Shown here: piece by piece, positions 18,180 to 27,586 of the stretch
How the letters are laid out: every line of letters starts with the position of its first letter
How positions within the stretch are numbered: the first letter of the stretch is position 1
Source: Bacteroidales bacterium
GTDB taxonomy: Bacteria > Bacteroidota > Bacteroidia > Bacteroidales > UBA1715
Length of the DNA: 64,000 nucleotides
Assembly: GCA_024409235.1 (NCBI GenBank)
Contig: JAKSUA010000012.1
Coordinates: 918-64,917, forward strand
Direction of reading: 5' to 3'
The notes under the pieces: model-generated
Told to the model about the DNA's origin: nothing
Database searches by the model: none
The model's input: only the letters and a program-made list of their open reading frames with translations
Program-made: the position numbers and the translations under genes

Positions 18180-19282
18180 TGAAATCGGCGGTTCGCATAT
18201 TGTTTTTGTTTTTGAATGTGCTTTTGGCATTGGCATTGCTTCTTTGCCTAACCACCCGCTTTTTTAATCCGCAGAGTTTTCCTTATATCGAAGTTCTGGC
18301 GTTGGGATTTCCTATCATATTCGGTTTGAACTGCATAACATCGGTGTTTTGGATTGTTTCCAAAGAACATAAAAAATATTGTATTGTTTCTTTAATTGCA
18401 TTGTTGGTCAGTATTCCTATGATATGCAATTATTATGTGTTCGGTAAAAAAGAACCCGTAAAAACAACTAATAATAGCCTAAAAATAATGTCTTATAACG
18501 TTATGGGCTTTATGTATTTTACGTGGAGAAAAAGTACGGAGGTTAAACAACAGATATTCCTTCACATTTTAAAAGAAAATCCGGATATTATTTGTTTTCA
18601 GGAATATCACAATGATACAAATGAAAAGTTTATTGTCTTAGATAGTTTGAAGCAACAGCTGAACTTGTCGTACGTGTATCATAACAAATTGTTTTCTGTT
18701 GGAGATAATCATTTTCAAGGAAATTTGATTTGTAGTCGGTATCCAATTGTCAATGTTGGAAAAATGGATTATGAAAAAACCGGTAATTCTGCAATTTGGG
18801 TTGATGTTGCTATTGGTAGTGATACTATCAGAATTTACAATAGTCATCTTGAATCTTATAGACTTTCGCAGGAAAACAAACAGACGGTAAACGAAATTCG
18901 TGCAGCTCAAAATGTTGAAGTTGCTCAGGTTGAGAATATTATAGTAAAATTAAAGAATTCAATACAGAAACGAGGTTCTCAGGTAGAAGAACTTGCAAGA
19001 TCAATGGAAGAATGCCCGTATCCAATCATATCTTGCGGCGACTTTAATTCTCTTCCATGTTCGTATTCTTACCAAAGGATAAAATCTGTCCGAAATTTTA
19101 CAGATGCTTTCCTAGAATGTGGGCATGGTGTTGGAGCAACTTTCAACTGGTGGCCTCAGCTTCGTTTAGATTATATTCTTGTTGATCCTAAATTTGACTG
19201 CTGTAAGTTCAAACGAACAGGATTGAAGGTCTCTGACCATTTCCCAATTTGTTGCGAAATTGACATTCAGCCAAGCAAATAG
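18179..19282 (+). CDS. Endonuclease/exonuclease/phosphatase family protein with N-terminal TMs
   Basis: MSYNV, DIICFQE, CGDFN, RLDYI, SDHFP. Confidence 0.92.
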   Translation: MKSAVRILFLFLNVLLALALLLCLTTRFFNPQSFPYIEVLALGFPIIFGLNCITSVFWIVSKEHKKYCIVSLIALLVSIPMICNYYVFGKKEPVKTTNNSLKIMSYNVMGFMYFTWRKSTEVKQQIFLHILKENPDIICFQEYHNDTNEKFIVLDSLKQQLNLSYVYHNKLFSVGDNHFQGNLICSRYPIVNVGKMDYEKTGNSAIWVDVAIGSDTIRIYNSHLESYRLSQENKQTVNEIRAAQNVEVAQVENIIVKLKNSIQKRGSQVEELARSMEECPYPIISCGDFNSLPCSYSYQRIKSVRNFTDAFLECGHGVGATFNWWPQLRLDYILVDPKFDCCKFKRTGLKVSDHFPICCEIDIQPSK

Positions 19283-19285
19283 TTT

Positions 19286-21100
19286 ATGAATAGGAATAGT
19301 CTCATAATTCTGCTGTTGTTTCTTGTCGTGGCAAATATTACTGTCGCTCAGGATAAAAACAATGATAATCAGTTGGCTTTACTTTATTACTCGCAAGGTG
19401 AATATGAAAAAGCAACAGATTTGTATCAAAAGTTGTTTGATGAGTCTCATTCTCAGATTCATTTTGATTATCTGATTGATTGTTATAATAAATTAAAAGA
19501 ACTTGATAAGGCCGAGAAAATCACAAATGAACAAATAAAACGTTACTCAAAATCTTTTTATTATCCGGTAAAACTAGCTACAATCTATCAGCAAAGGGGA
19601 AAAACAAAAGAGGCTGACGAAATCTTTGATAGAATAGTAAAAAAAGCAACAAAACAATTGGAGACATGTTTGGAAGCAGGACAGGCTTGTTTGGATAATC
19701 ATGTTGACAGTGTTGCGAAAATTATTTACGAAAACGGACAACAAAAATATCCCGAGAATAGAATAATTGTTTCTAATTTGAGTAGAATCTATCTGAATTT
19801 AAATGAAAACGAGAAACTTGCGGATATTTACATTGAACAGTTGCAAAAAAATAACTTTGACTTAGATTTTGTTGAAAATCAGTTACAATTCTGTCTTTAC
19901 GAAAAGAGAAATCCTCAACTGAAAAATATCCTTATTGATAAATTGAATCAAATAATAAAGAAAAATCCAAAGCAAACAACGTTTAAGGAGCTGTATTTAT
20001 GGCTGATGATTCAGGACAAAGATTTTGAAAAAGCCTTTATTATGAGTAAAGAAATTGATTTGGAAAAAGATGAAGATGGAGATAGGGTATATGAAGTAGG
20101 AACTATTGCTCTTGAAAATCAAGAATATCTTTGGGCAACAAATTGTTTTTCATACGTGGTGCAGAAAGGTCCAATGGGAAGTTATTATGAGGAAGCAATG
20201 AAGAATCTTTTGGAAACTTCATATAATAAATTGTTTAAATCTGGCATAAAACCGGATATTCAACAAATAGAAAGTTTGGAAGTTGAATATATAAAGGCTC
20301 TTGAAGAATTAGGGGATTCTAAAACAACTGCCGATATAATAAAGAATCTGGCGCATATTCAGGCTTTTTATCTAAATAAATCGGAATACGCAGTAGAAAG
20401 ATTAAAGAAAGCTGCAGAATCACCGAATTTACGGCAGAAAAAGACTGCTCTTGAAATGGAACTCGCTGACATTTATTTATTTACAAATGATGTTTGGGGA
20501 GCGAATCTTTTGTATGCATCAATTGCTTTGAATAATAAAAATAATGACATCGGCCATGAGGCTCAGTTAAAACAGGCACGAGTTGCATATTTTAATCACA
20601 ACTTTAAATATGCAGAAGCTTTACTCGAAGTATTACAAGGAAGTACGAGTAAATTAATTGCAAATGATGCTCTTGAACTTTTACTGCTGATTTCCGACAA
20701 CACGGCACTTGATACATCCACAACAGCTTTAGAGATTTTTGCAAGAGGGGATTTATTGTTGTTGCAAGGTAAAAATAATGAGGCTGTAAAATGTTATGAT
20801 TCTATTCCGGCACTGTTTCCTGGACATTCTCTTGAAGATGATATTATTATGAGAAAGGCTGATATTGCAAAATCAGAAAATAATATGGATGTAATGGTAT
20901 CCTACTTAAAAGATATAGAAGCTCGTTTTCCTTATGAAATATATGCTGATAAAGCCATTTTTACAATAGCCTCATATTGTGAAAAACAAGGTGATTTGGA
21001 ACAGGCAAAGGAAAAATACAGAAAACTAATGGCTGATTATCCCAATAGTTTCTATGCTCCACAAGCTCGAAACAGATATAGAGATTTACAGTCTCGCTAA
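19286..21100 (+). CDS. Exported tetratricopeptide-repeat protein
   Basis: Signal peptide; multiple TPR-like helices; ANDAL; C-terminal YPNSFYAPQARNRYR. Confidence 0.85.
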   Translation: MNRNSLIILLLFLVVANITVAQDKNNDNQLALLYYSQGEYEKATDLYQKLFDESHSQIHFDYLIDCYNKLKELDKAEKITNEQIKRYSKSFYYPVKLATIYQQRGKTKEADEIFDRIVKKATKQLETCLEAGQACLDNHVDSVAKIIYENGQQKYPENRIIVSNLSRIYLNLNENEKLADIYIEQLQKNNFDLDFVENQLQFCLYEKRNPQLKNILIDKLNQIIKKNPKQTTFKELYLWLMIQDKDFEKAFIMSKEIDLEKDEDGDRVYEVGTIALENQEYLWATNCFSYVVQKGPMGSYYEEAMKNLLETSYNKLFKSGIKPDIQQIESLEVEYIKALEELGDSKTTADIIKNLAHIQAFYLNKSEYAVERLKKAAESPNLRQKKTALEMELADIYLFTNDVWGANLLYASIALNNKNNDIGHEAQLKQARVAYFNHNFKYAEALLEVLQGSTSKLIANDALELLLLISDNTALDTSTTALEIFARGDLLLLQGKNNEAVKCYDSIPALFPGHSLEDDIIMRKADIAKSENNMDVMVSYLKDIEARFPYEIYADKAIFTIASYCEKQGDLEQAKEKYRKLMADYPNSFYAPQARNRYRDLQSR

Positions 21101-21153
21101 CGAAGGGAATTACTAACTATAATTTTGAAGACTGGAATAGGGCGGATTTGATT

Positions 21154-22047
21154 TTACGCAGCTCGCCATTGTGCCGGTGTTTTACTGGTAAGTGATTTGA
21201 AGAAACGAACGAAATGCTGTGGATATTCAAAGCCGAGTCGTTGACTTACTTGGGTCACGGATATCGTTTCAGATTGGAGCAATTCCTTGGCTTTGGCTAG
21301 GAGACGGTCGTTGATGTGGTCTTTGGCTGTTCGTCCCGTTTCGGTCTTGACCAATGTGCCGAAGTAACCTGTTGAAAGGCAACATTTGTCGGCAAAATAA
21401 GTAACTGTCGGTAATCCTTTTTGCTCGGCCGTATTGTCTATATATTCATTCAAAAGTGTCAGGAACTTTTTCACCACGCTGTGGTTTATTTCTTCTCGTG
21501 TGATGAACTGGCGGTCGTAGAAACGGAGGCAGTAGTTCAGGAGAAGTTCAATATGTGAGACGATGAGTTCGCGCGTATGTTTGTCAATGGCATGATGCAG
21601 TTCTTGCTCTATCATTGCGAGCACACTTTGAAAGATTTCAACCTCTTGTGCCGAAAGATGAAGCGCCTCGTTGCTGGTGTAATCAAAGAACTCGTAACGG
21701 CTCATCTGCTTTGCCAGTGAAGTACGGTTGAGAATGTCGGGATGAAAGACCAAGGCTGTGAATTTTGCAAAGGGAACATCAGGATTTGGTTCCACCGTCA
21801 CTACTTGTCCGGGAGCAAAACTTGTGACGGTCATCTCATCGAAGTCATACTCCGTGCGTCCATACGACAGCTTGCAGCCCTTGTTCTCCTTAAGATAGAT
21901 GGCGTAAAGACCATAGTGCATCACACTCTCCTGAATGTGTTCGGTGTTCTCCACACGGATAACGCTCACCAAAGGATGAAGCGTCTCCACCCTATTATAA
22001 TCGTTGAAATCCTGTATTGTATTGAGATAAATCTCTTGCATAGTCAT
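21154..22047 (-). CDS. AraC-family transcriptional regulator
   Basis: YGRTEYDF; C-terminal double HTH ...LGFEYPQHFVRFFK. Confidence 0.93.
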   Translation of the reverse strand: MTMQEIYLNTIQDFNDYNRVETLHPLVSVIRVENTEHIQESVMHYGLYAIYLKENKGCKLSYGRTEYDFDEMTVTSFAPGQVVTVEPNPDVPFAKFTALVFHPDILNRTSLAKQMSRYEFFDYTSNEALHLSAQEVEIFQSVLAMIEQELHHAIDKHTRELIVSHIELLLNYCLRFYDRQFITREEINHSVVKKFLTLLNEYIDNTAEQKGLPTVTYFADKCCLSTGYFGTLVKTETGRTAKDHINDRLLAKAKELLQSETISVTQVSQRLGFEYPQHFVRFFKSLTSKTPAQWRAA

Positions 22048-22083
22048 TTACCTTATATAATTTATAACGCAGAAAAGGCTTAT

Positions 22084-23130
22084 TTATTGCTTCTTGACCT
22101 CTTCGTATTGCTCATCGCTCACTGGTTCCAACCATTCATTGCTTTCTGTGTCAGCAACCTTCACATGAGTGGCTATGTGCTGGAACCATGAGTCGGATGC
22201 GGCTCCGTGCCAATGCTTCACGCCTTCAGGGATGTCGATGACCGTACCTGCTGTCATTGGTATGGCAGGCTTGCCCCATTCCTGATACCAACCTCTGCCC
22301 GATACGCAGATGAGTATTTGACGAACTCCATGATGAATATGCCAGTTGTTGCGACAACCAGGTTCGAAGGTCACATTGCTCATCGGCAGCACCGTTTTTT
22401 CACCTTCGCTAAGATTAGCAGGGGAGAGAGGGTTGAGGTAGCTTTCTCCCGTGAAATACTGAGCGTAAGCCACGTTGTTGGCACCCTTTGCGAAGTCACT
22501 CTTCAGAGTATAACCCTCCTTATCGAGCCATGTGCAGAGTTCATCTACCTGTTGTTGAGTGTTGCCCATATTGACGGTTCCACGCTTATGTGCAGCCAAC
22601 TGAGGTTCAACGCCTTTCATTGCACTCAATGCTGCTACAGTCACTATCTCTCGGTCGGCAGGAGTCAGCTGATTGCCAGCGAAAATGTCACCAAAGAGGT
22701 GAGACTTCAGGTAGTAGTCATCCTGCGGACAAAATTGGAAATCGAAGGCTTGCCCCGAGAGTTTTGTCTGTATTTCTGTTCCAACTTTGAGTGCCTCTGC
22801 GGCATTATCCCAAAGAATGGGACGCTCAAAAGGTTTGCCTTCCTTCCATTGCGCCTTGGGTGTGGCGATTACCTTCTGAAGAACGCCCAAAGCATTCAAG
22901 GAGCGAGGGAAGCCAGTATAGGCATAAAGTTGTGAGAATACCTCTTTCAACTCATTGATTGTAACACCCCTTTCAAGTGCATCGATAACGACAGTTTCAA
23001 GTCGTACAAGGTCGCCTTGCGCTTCCAGTGCAGCACATGCAGCAAGTGCTTTTTGTCTATCAGTTAATGTCTGTGCCATAGTAGTCGTCGTAATTAATAC
23101 TGTCATTAAAAACAGAAAAATACTTTTCAT
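22084..23130 (-). CDS. Exported carboxymuconolactone decarboxylase-like/cupin fusion protein
   Basis: Signal peptide; QLYAYTGFPRSLNAL; HLFGDIF; cupin TFEPGCRNNWHIH...VKHWHGA. Confidence 0.88.
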   Translation of the reverse strand: MKSIFLFLMTVLITTTTMAQTLTDRQKALAACAALEAQGDLVRLETVVIDALERGVTINELKEVFSQLYAYTGFPRSLNALGVLQKVIATPKAQWKEGKPFERPILWDNAAEALKVGTEIQTKLSGQAFDFQFCPQDDYYLKSHLFGDIFAGNQLTPADREIVTVAALSAMKGVEPQLAAHKRGTVNMGNTQQQVDELCTWLDKEGYTLKSDFAKGANNVAYAQYFTGESYLNPLSPANLSEGEKTVLPMSNVTFEPGCRNNWHIHHGVRQILICVSGRGWYQEWGKPAIPMTAGTVIDIPEGVKHWHGAASDSWFQHIATHVKVADTESNEWLEPVSDEQYEEVKKQ

Positions 23131-23174
23131 TTTAATTCGTAATTTAGAGATTCGTAATCACATAAAAGTCCGTT

Positions 23175-23738
23175 TCATAGGTTCTTTATGAATTTTGCTG
23201 GTATGCCACCCACAACAGTTCTTGGTTCAACATCTTTTGTTACAACTGCTCCTGCAGCGACAATAGCTCCTTCACCAATTGTTACACCTGGACATACTGT
23301 TACATTTGCACCGAGCCATACCTTATCTTCTATATGGATTGGCTTGAAAATCATGTCACCGCGATGCGCTGGATCAGGATTGTGATTGATGGTACATAGT
23401 GTGGCATTATGTCCTATGAGGCAATCATTACCGATAAATATGCCACCTTGATCCTGAAATTTACATCCGCTATTAATGAATACACGCTGCCCGATATGGG
23501 TATTCTTTCCACAATCGGTATTGAATGGAGGGAAGATGCCGAATGTCTCTGGCACTTTAATATCCCAAAGCTCAGAAAATAGCTGTCGAAGTTCCTCTGG
23601 CGTGTGGTACTTATTGTTTATCTCCATGGTTATGCGAATAGCCTCTTGCGACATCTTGTGCATGAAGAGGTGTGCTTCGCTTCCATTCTCAACAGGTTTT
23701 CCTGTTGCTATATAATCTCTGTATTCTTTAACTGTCAT
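23175..23738 (-). CDS. Sugar O-acetyltransferase (hexapeptide repeat, maltose acetyltransferase-like)
   Basis: PPFNTDCGKN, VWLGANVTVCPGVTIGEGAIVAAGAVVTKDV. Confidence 0.92.
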   Translation of the reverse strand: MTVKEYRDYIATGKPVENGSEAHLFMHKMSQEAIRITMEINNKYHTPEELRQLFSELWDIKVPETFGIFPPFNTDCGKNTHIGQRVFINSGCKFQDQGGIFIGNDCLIGHNATLCTINHNPDPAHRGDMIFKPIHIEDKVWLGANVTVCPGVTIGEGAIVAAGAVVTKDVEPRTVVGGIPAKFIKNL

Positions 23739-23743
23739 CTGAT

Positions 23744-24280
23744 TTATACTCTCTTGCCCATTTCGTAAGCCTCCTGCAACTTGCCATTTCCTTCAATTTC
23801 ACGAGCATCATTTACGCCACCGCAGAATACATGACCTTTGAGCGAGGATTTCGCAAAGCAGTCGATCCAACCAGTAAGACCAATCTCCGCACGTTTAGGA
23901 GTTTCTTCTTCCTCCTCGGCAGCTGTCGTTAGCAGATATATGTCACGGAAACGGTAATCCTTAGGGTACATAGCATTCATACGGTCGATAAGCGTCTTCA
24001 TCTGTCCACTCATCTCGTAATAGTAGATAGGAGTCGCCCAACAAACTACATCGGCATTCAACACCTTCTCCATAATGGCAGGTACATCATCTTTGAATAC
24101 GCAAGCACCTGTTTTCTGGCAACTTAAGCAACCGATGCAAAATTTGATTTCCTTGCCTCGAAGTGAGATTTTTTCAACATCATTACCTGATGCTTTTGCA
24201 CCCTCGACAAATTTATCAGCGAGCATATCGCTGTTTGAACCAGCACGAAGGCTAGTTGATATTACGATTACTTTCTTCAT
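23744..24280 (-). CDS. Flavodoxin family/NADPH-dependent FMN reductase (iron-sulfur flavoprotein-like)
   Basis: STSLRAGSNS, CIGCLSC...C, ATPIYYYEMSGQMKTLIDR. Confidence 0.9.
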   Translation of the reverse strand: MKKVIVISTSLRAGSNSDMLADKFVEGAKASGNDVEKISLRGKEIKFCIGCLSCQKTGACVFKDDVPAIMEKVLNADVVCWATPIYYYEMSGQMKTLIDRMNAMYPKDYRFRDIYLLTTAAEEEEETPKRAEIGLTGWIDCFAKSSLKGHVFCGGVNDAREIEGNGKLQEAYEMGKRV

Positions 24281-24816
24281 TTCACAATCAATTTTCCGTT
24301 CTTGACAAATATACCTTTTTGAGGCTCTTCATGCAACAATCTTCCATTCAAATCATAGATTTTAACTTTCCCTTCATTGATATCGAGGGGAATGTCTTGT
24401 ATGGCCGTTGAACTGTTTTTGAGTGAGAAACTCACACTAATGTTGCCATTACCTACTGCATCGGCAAGCTCATAGGTAGAGGTAAGTCGTCCTATGCGAG
24501 TGTAACTGTAACCACCCGCATTACCGTAAAACAACACTACACATGTATTACCATAGAGCATCAAATCGCCTGATTCGATTGTGCGGTAGTATTCAGTATC
24601 GGTCGGAAGAGGATTCGACAAATAGTGGTACTTTTCGTTTCCGTTCAATTCGCTCATATTTATTGTCATTGGGAGTAAAGCGCAAAATGCACGTCCTGTT
24701 TCGCTGTCTTCTATTTCAGCAGTAACGGTTTTGTCTCCAATAGTAATCTCAATTTCCATTGCGAACAAATTGACTGCCATCAATAGTCCTGTTAGTATGA
24801 TTGCGATTTTTTTCAT
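24277..24816 (-). CDS. Cyclophilin-like-fold protein with signal peptide and short T9SS-CTD-like tail
   Basis: LLPMTINMSELNGNEKY, GDLMLYG, YSYTRIG; tail TAIQDI...IYDLNGR...KGIFVKNGKLIVK. Confidence 0.8.
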   Translation of the reverse strand: MKKIAIILTGLLMAVNLFAMEIEITIGDKTVTAEIEDSETGRAFCALLPMTINMSELNGNEKYHYLSNPLPTDTEYYRTIESGDLMLYGNTCVVLFYGNAGGYSYTRIGRLTSTYELADAVGNGNISVSFSLKNSSTAIQDIPLDINEGKVKIYDLNGRLLHEEPQKGIFVKNGKLIVK

Positions 24817-25934
24817 TTTAAATTATTTTTGAAAAAGTCTTCTAATTTGTCCCAAGGAATACAGTTCTTTGGTTCACCTTTTCCTTGTGGCTCTGTATAG
24901 CCTCCATCGTAGAGGTCGCAGTGGCTGGCTCCTGGAATTATGAGCAGTTCCTTATTTTCTGGTACAGGGTTTGGTTTACGAACAGCATCGTAGCCAGGTG
25001 CTTGTCCTTCTACCATGTATTTGTAGGCGTCCTCTCCAAAATAGCGTGAATGAGCCTTCTCGCCGTGTATGATAAGTACTGCTGAACGAATCTCGTTGAT
25101 ATAATAGAGGAATCGTGTATTTGCGTATGCTTGAGTACCGAATGTATGCCAACCACCATTGCTGTTCCCGGAACGAGGATGATAACCGCGGTTTGTCTTG
25201 TAGTAGTCGTAATAGTCTTTCACAAACTGAGGTGCATTCTCTGGCAATGGATCAACCACGCCACCACCAAGTGTTGTGTTGCCACTTTTTGCAGCCTTTG
25301 TTCGTTCTTCTGCCATAGCCTTGCGAGTAGCATAACGCGACTCTTCGTTGTTGTCTGCATCAAAGTAACCATTGCCACCTACACGACTCATATCGTACAT
25401 TGTACTTGCTACTGTTGCTTTAATACGAGGGTCTATTGCTGCTGCATTAAGAGCAATTCCGCCCCAACCGCAGATGCCAATAATACCGATACGATTGGAA
25501 TCCACATCGTCACGAGTGATGAGATAATCGACTGCAGAAAGAAAATCATCTGTATTGATGTCTGGAGAAGCTGTTGCACGTGGTTCTCCGCCGCTCTCAC
25601 CTGTAAATGACGGGTCGAATGCCAATGTGATGAAACCTCTTTCTGCCATATTCATCGCGTACAGACCGCTTGGTTGTTCCTTCGTCGCTCCGAAAGGACC
25701 AGAACAAGCAATAGCAGGAAGTTTTCCGTTTGCGTCTTTTGGCACATAAAGATCTGCTACTAGTGTAATTCCATAGCTGTTTTGGAAAGTGATTTTAGAG
25801 TGTTCTACTTTGTCGCTCTTTGGGAATACCTTGTCCCATTCCTGAGTTGTCTGCATATTGTTCTCCTTGTTTTGGGTGCAACTAGCAAGTACAAGTGTTG
25901 CTATTGCAATAATTGATACTATAATTTGTTTCAT
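24813..25934 (-). CDS. Alpha/beta hydrolase lipoprotein (YcjY-like, Cys nucleophile)
   Basis: Start 25934 gives lipobox LVLASC; GPFGATKEQ, GICGWGG, HGEKAHS, HCDLYD. Confidence 0.88.
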   Translation of the reverse strand: MKQIIVSIIAIATLVLASCTQNKENNMQTTQEWDKVFPKSDKVEHSKITFQNSYGITLVADLYVPKDANGKLPAIACSGPFGATKEQPSGLYAMNMAERGFITLAFDPSFTGESGGEPRATASPDINTDDFLSAVDYLITRDDVDSNRIGIIGICGWGGIALNAAAIDPRIKATVASTMYDMSRVGGNGYFDADNNEESRYATRKAMAEERTKAAKSGNTTLGGGVVDPLPENAPQFVKDYYDYYKTNRGYHPRSGNSNGGWHTFGTQAYANTRFLYYINEIRSAVLIIHGEKAHSRYFGEDAYKYMVEGQAPGYDAVRKPNPVPENKELLIIPGASHCDLYDGGYTEPQGKGEPKNCIPWDKLEDFFKNNLK

Positions 25935-26037
25935 ATTCTTTTTTGTTGCAAAAATGCTAATCATATAATTATGAGAAATTACCTTGATTTTTGAAGTTAT
26001 AACCATTTTTTAGGAATTTAGACAGGGGTATAGTATA

Positions 26038-26068
26038 AAAAAAAGCAACCCGAAGGTTGCTTTTTTTT
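26038..26068. terminator. Intrinsic terminator after the porP-like gene
   Basis: AAAAAAAGCAACC-cgaa-GGTTGCTTTTTTTT. Confidence 0.8.
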
Positions 26069-26088
26069 ATACTATGTTCAATAAAGTG

Positions 26089-27255
26089 TTATTTCAAGAA
26101 TTTCTCGCTTGGATGAGCAACTGCAGAACGTCTTGCATCACGACTCTTCAATGCAAGGTCATGAATTTCAAAACTTAATGTTACCTCGTGAGTACCACCT
26201 GTTGACAATCCTGCATTAGAAATTGTCATATCGTAGCTATATAAGAATTGATACAATTGTTTCTTGTCTTTAGAGTATTTGATATAACCTACAGTTAAAA
26301 TCAAGGCATCAAAACTCTTTGTTTTTAAACTGTTTGCGATGTCTTCAATAGATTCCTTTTTCATATATTGTTTACGACACCAACATCCTAAGTAAAGAGA
26401 AGACATAAATGAAACTTTTGAAGGAATTGTTGCATTAACACCAAAAGTTAATGTCTTAGAACCTGACTCAGAACCTTTAAACCATTGGTTTGCTTCTGCT
26501 TGGTTTTCAAAAATAAATCCAGGGCAAACTAAGAAGTATTTGTTGTGGAATCCTTGACGGTTAATACGGAATTGCATATATCCGTGTAAGTCAAATTTCA
26601 TTGGAAGTGGTGATTCTTGACCATCATCAATCCACGACATATCTGGTTGTGATAAGTGATGGAATGCTATACCAAAAACACCAGTTGCTAAATATTTTAC
26701 AGGAGTTTGTCTAATATTAAATTGAACAGCAGTTCCTGCATTAAAGTCGAAAACACCTTGACTCCAGTCTCCTTCTGATGGTGGAACAAATTCTGTTTCA
26801 TAAATTGCTCCAAAACGAGGGTCTAATTGATCTGTAAACACTAATTCATCATAGTCAATTGTTTTATGAACATATTGTGCTCCCGCACCGATTTGGAACA
26901 TCAAATCTGGTGTGGCACGAATTTGTTTTGCATAAGCTAAACCACCTTGAAATGTATTCAAACAATTTTCTCCTTGTGTGTTTCTTGTTAAATATGCTCC
27001 GATACCACCTTGAGCAAATTTTACGTCATAATAGTCAAAACTGATACTTTCTGTACCCCATTCTCCTGGAATGCTAGTCCAAAGGTGACGGTCTGTTACA
27101 GTTCCACGTAAACCTGGATTTATACCTGTCATCGCAGGATTATAATATGTCTCTTTCAAATAGAATTGAGAGTAGTTCGGATCTTGTGCCTGTAACATGT
27201 TTGCAAAAAGCAAAGATGTTATTAAAGCAATAATAGAAGTGTAAATCTTTCTCAT
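26089..27255 (-). CDS. PorP/SprF family T9SS outer-membrane protein
   Basis: AQDPNYSQFY...NPAMTG, HHLSQP, YSYD...GGTHEV. Confidence 0.88.
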   Translation of the reverse strand: MRKIYTSIIALITSLLFANMLQAQDPNYSQFYLKETYYNPAMTGINPGLRGTVTDRHLWTSIPGEWGTESISFDYYDVKFAQGGIGAYLTRNTQGENCLNTFQGGLAYAKQIRATPDLMFQIGAGAQYVHKTIDYDELVFTDQLDPRFGAIYETEFVPPSEGDWSQGVFDFNAGTAVQFNIRQTPVKYLATGVFGIAFHHLSQPDMSWIDDGQESPLPMKFDLHGYMQFRINRQGFHNKYFLVCPGFIFENQAEANQWFKGSESGSKTLTFGVNATIPSKVSFMSSLYLGCWCRKQYMKKESIEDIANSLKTKSFDALILTVGYIKYSKDKKQLYQFLYSYDMTISNAGLSTGGTHEVTLSFEIHDLALKSRDARRSAVAHPSEKFLK

Positions 27256-27586
27256 TGTTTTCTATCTATTGTAATTCTTATTCAATTTTACAGCATAGTG
27301 TTTTTTTAGATACTATGCAGATGTGCAAATATATGAAAAAAAATATAGATTGCTTTAAATGTCCTCTTTTTTTTGAGGGTTTAAGGAAAAAATGTGTTCG
27401 TAAATTTCTTGTACGTTTTTTAGATTGTTGAAATATAAAGGGTTATGTTGAAATCTTGTTAGAAATAGTCGTGTTGTAAAATCGAAGGGCATTGTCGCAA
27501 CTATCATTTTCGTTTTGTTTTTTTATCATGGGATATATACTATATTTGCAATACAATAAAATGAGTGTGCTTACGTTTAGTCTGTG

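Noticed and set aside
21742-22935. Long antisense ORFs (149 and 242 aa)
   Set aside because: Opposite well-supported AraC and CMD-cupin genes in a higher-GC patch where stop-free antisense frames are expected; no motifs.
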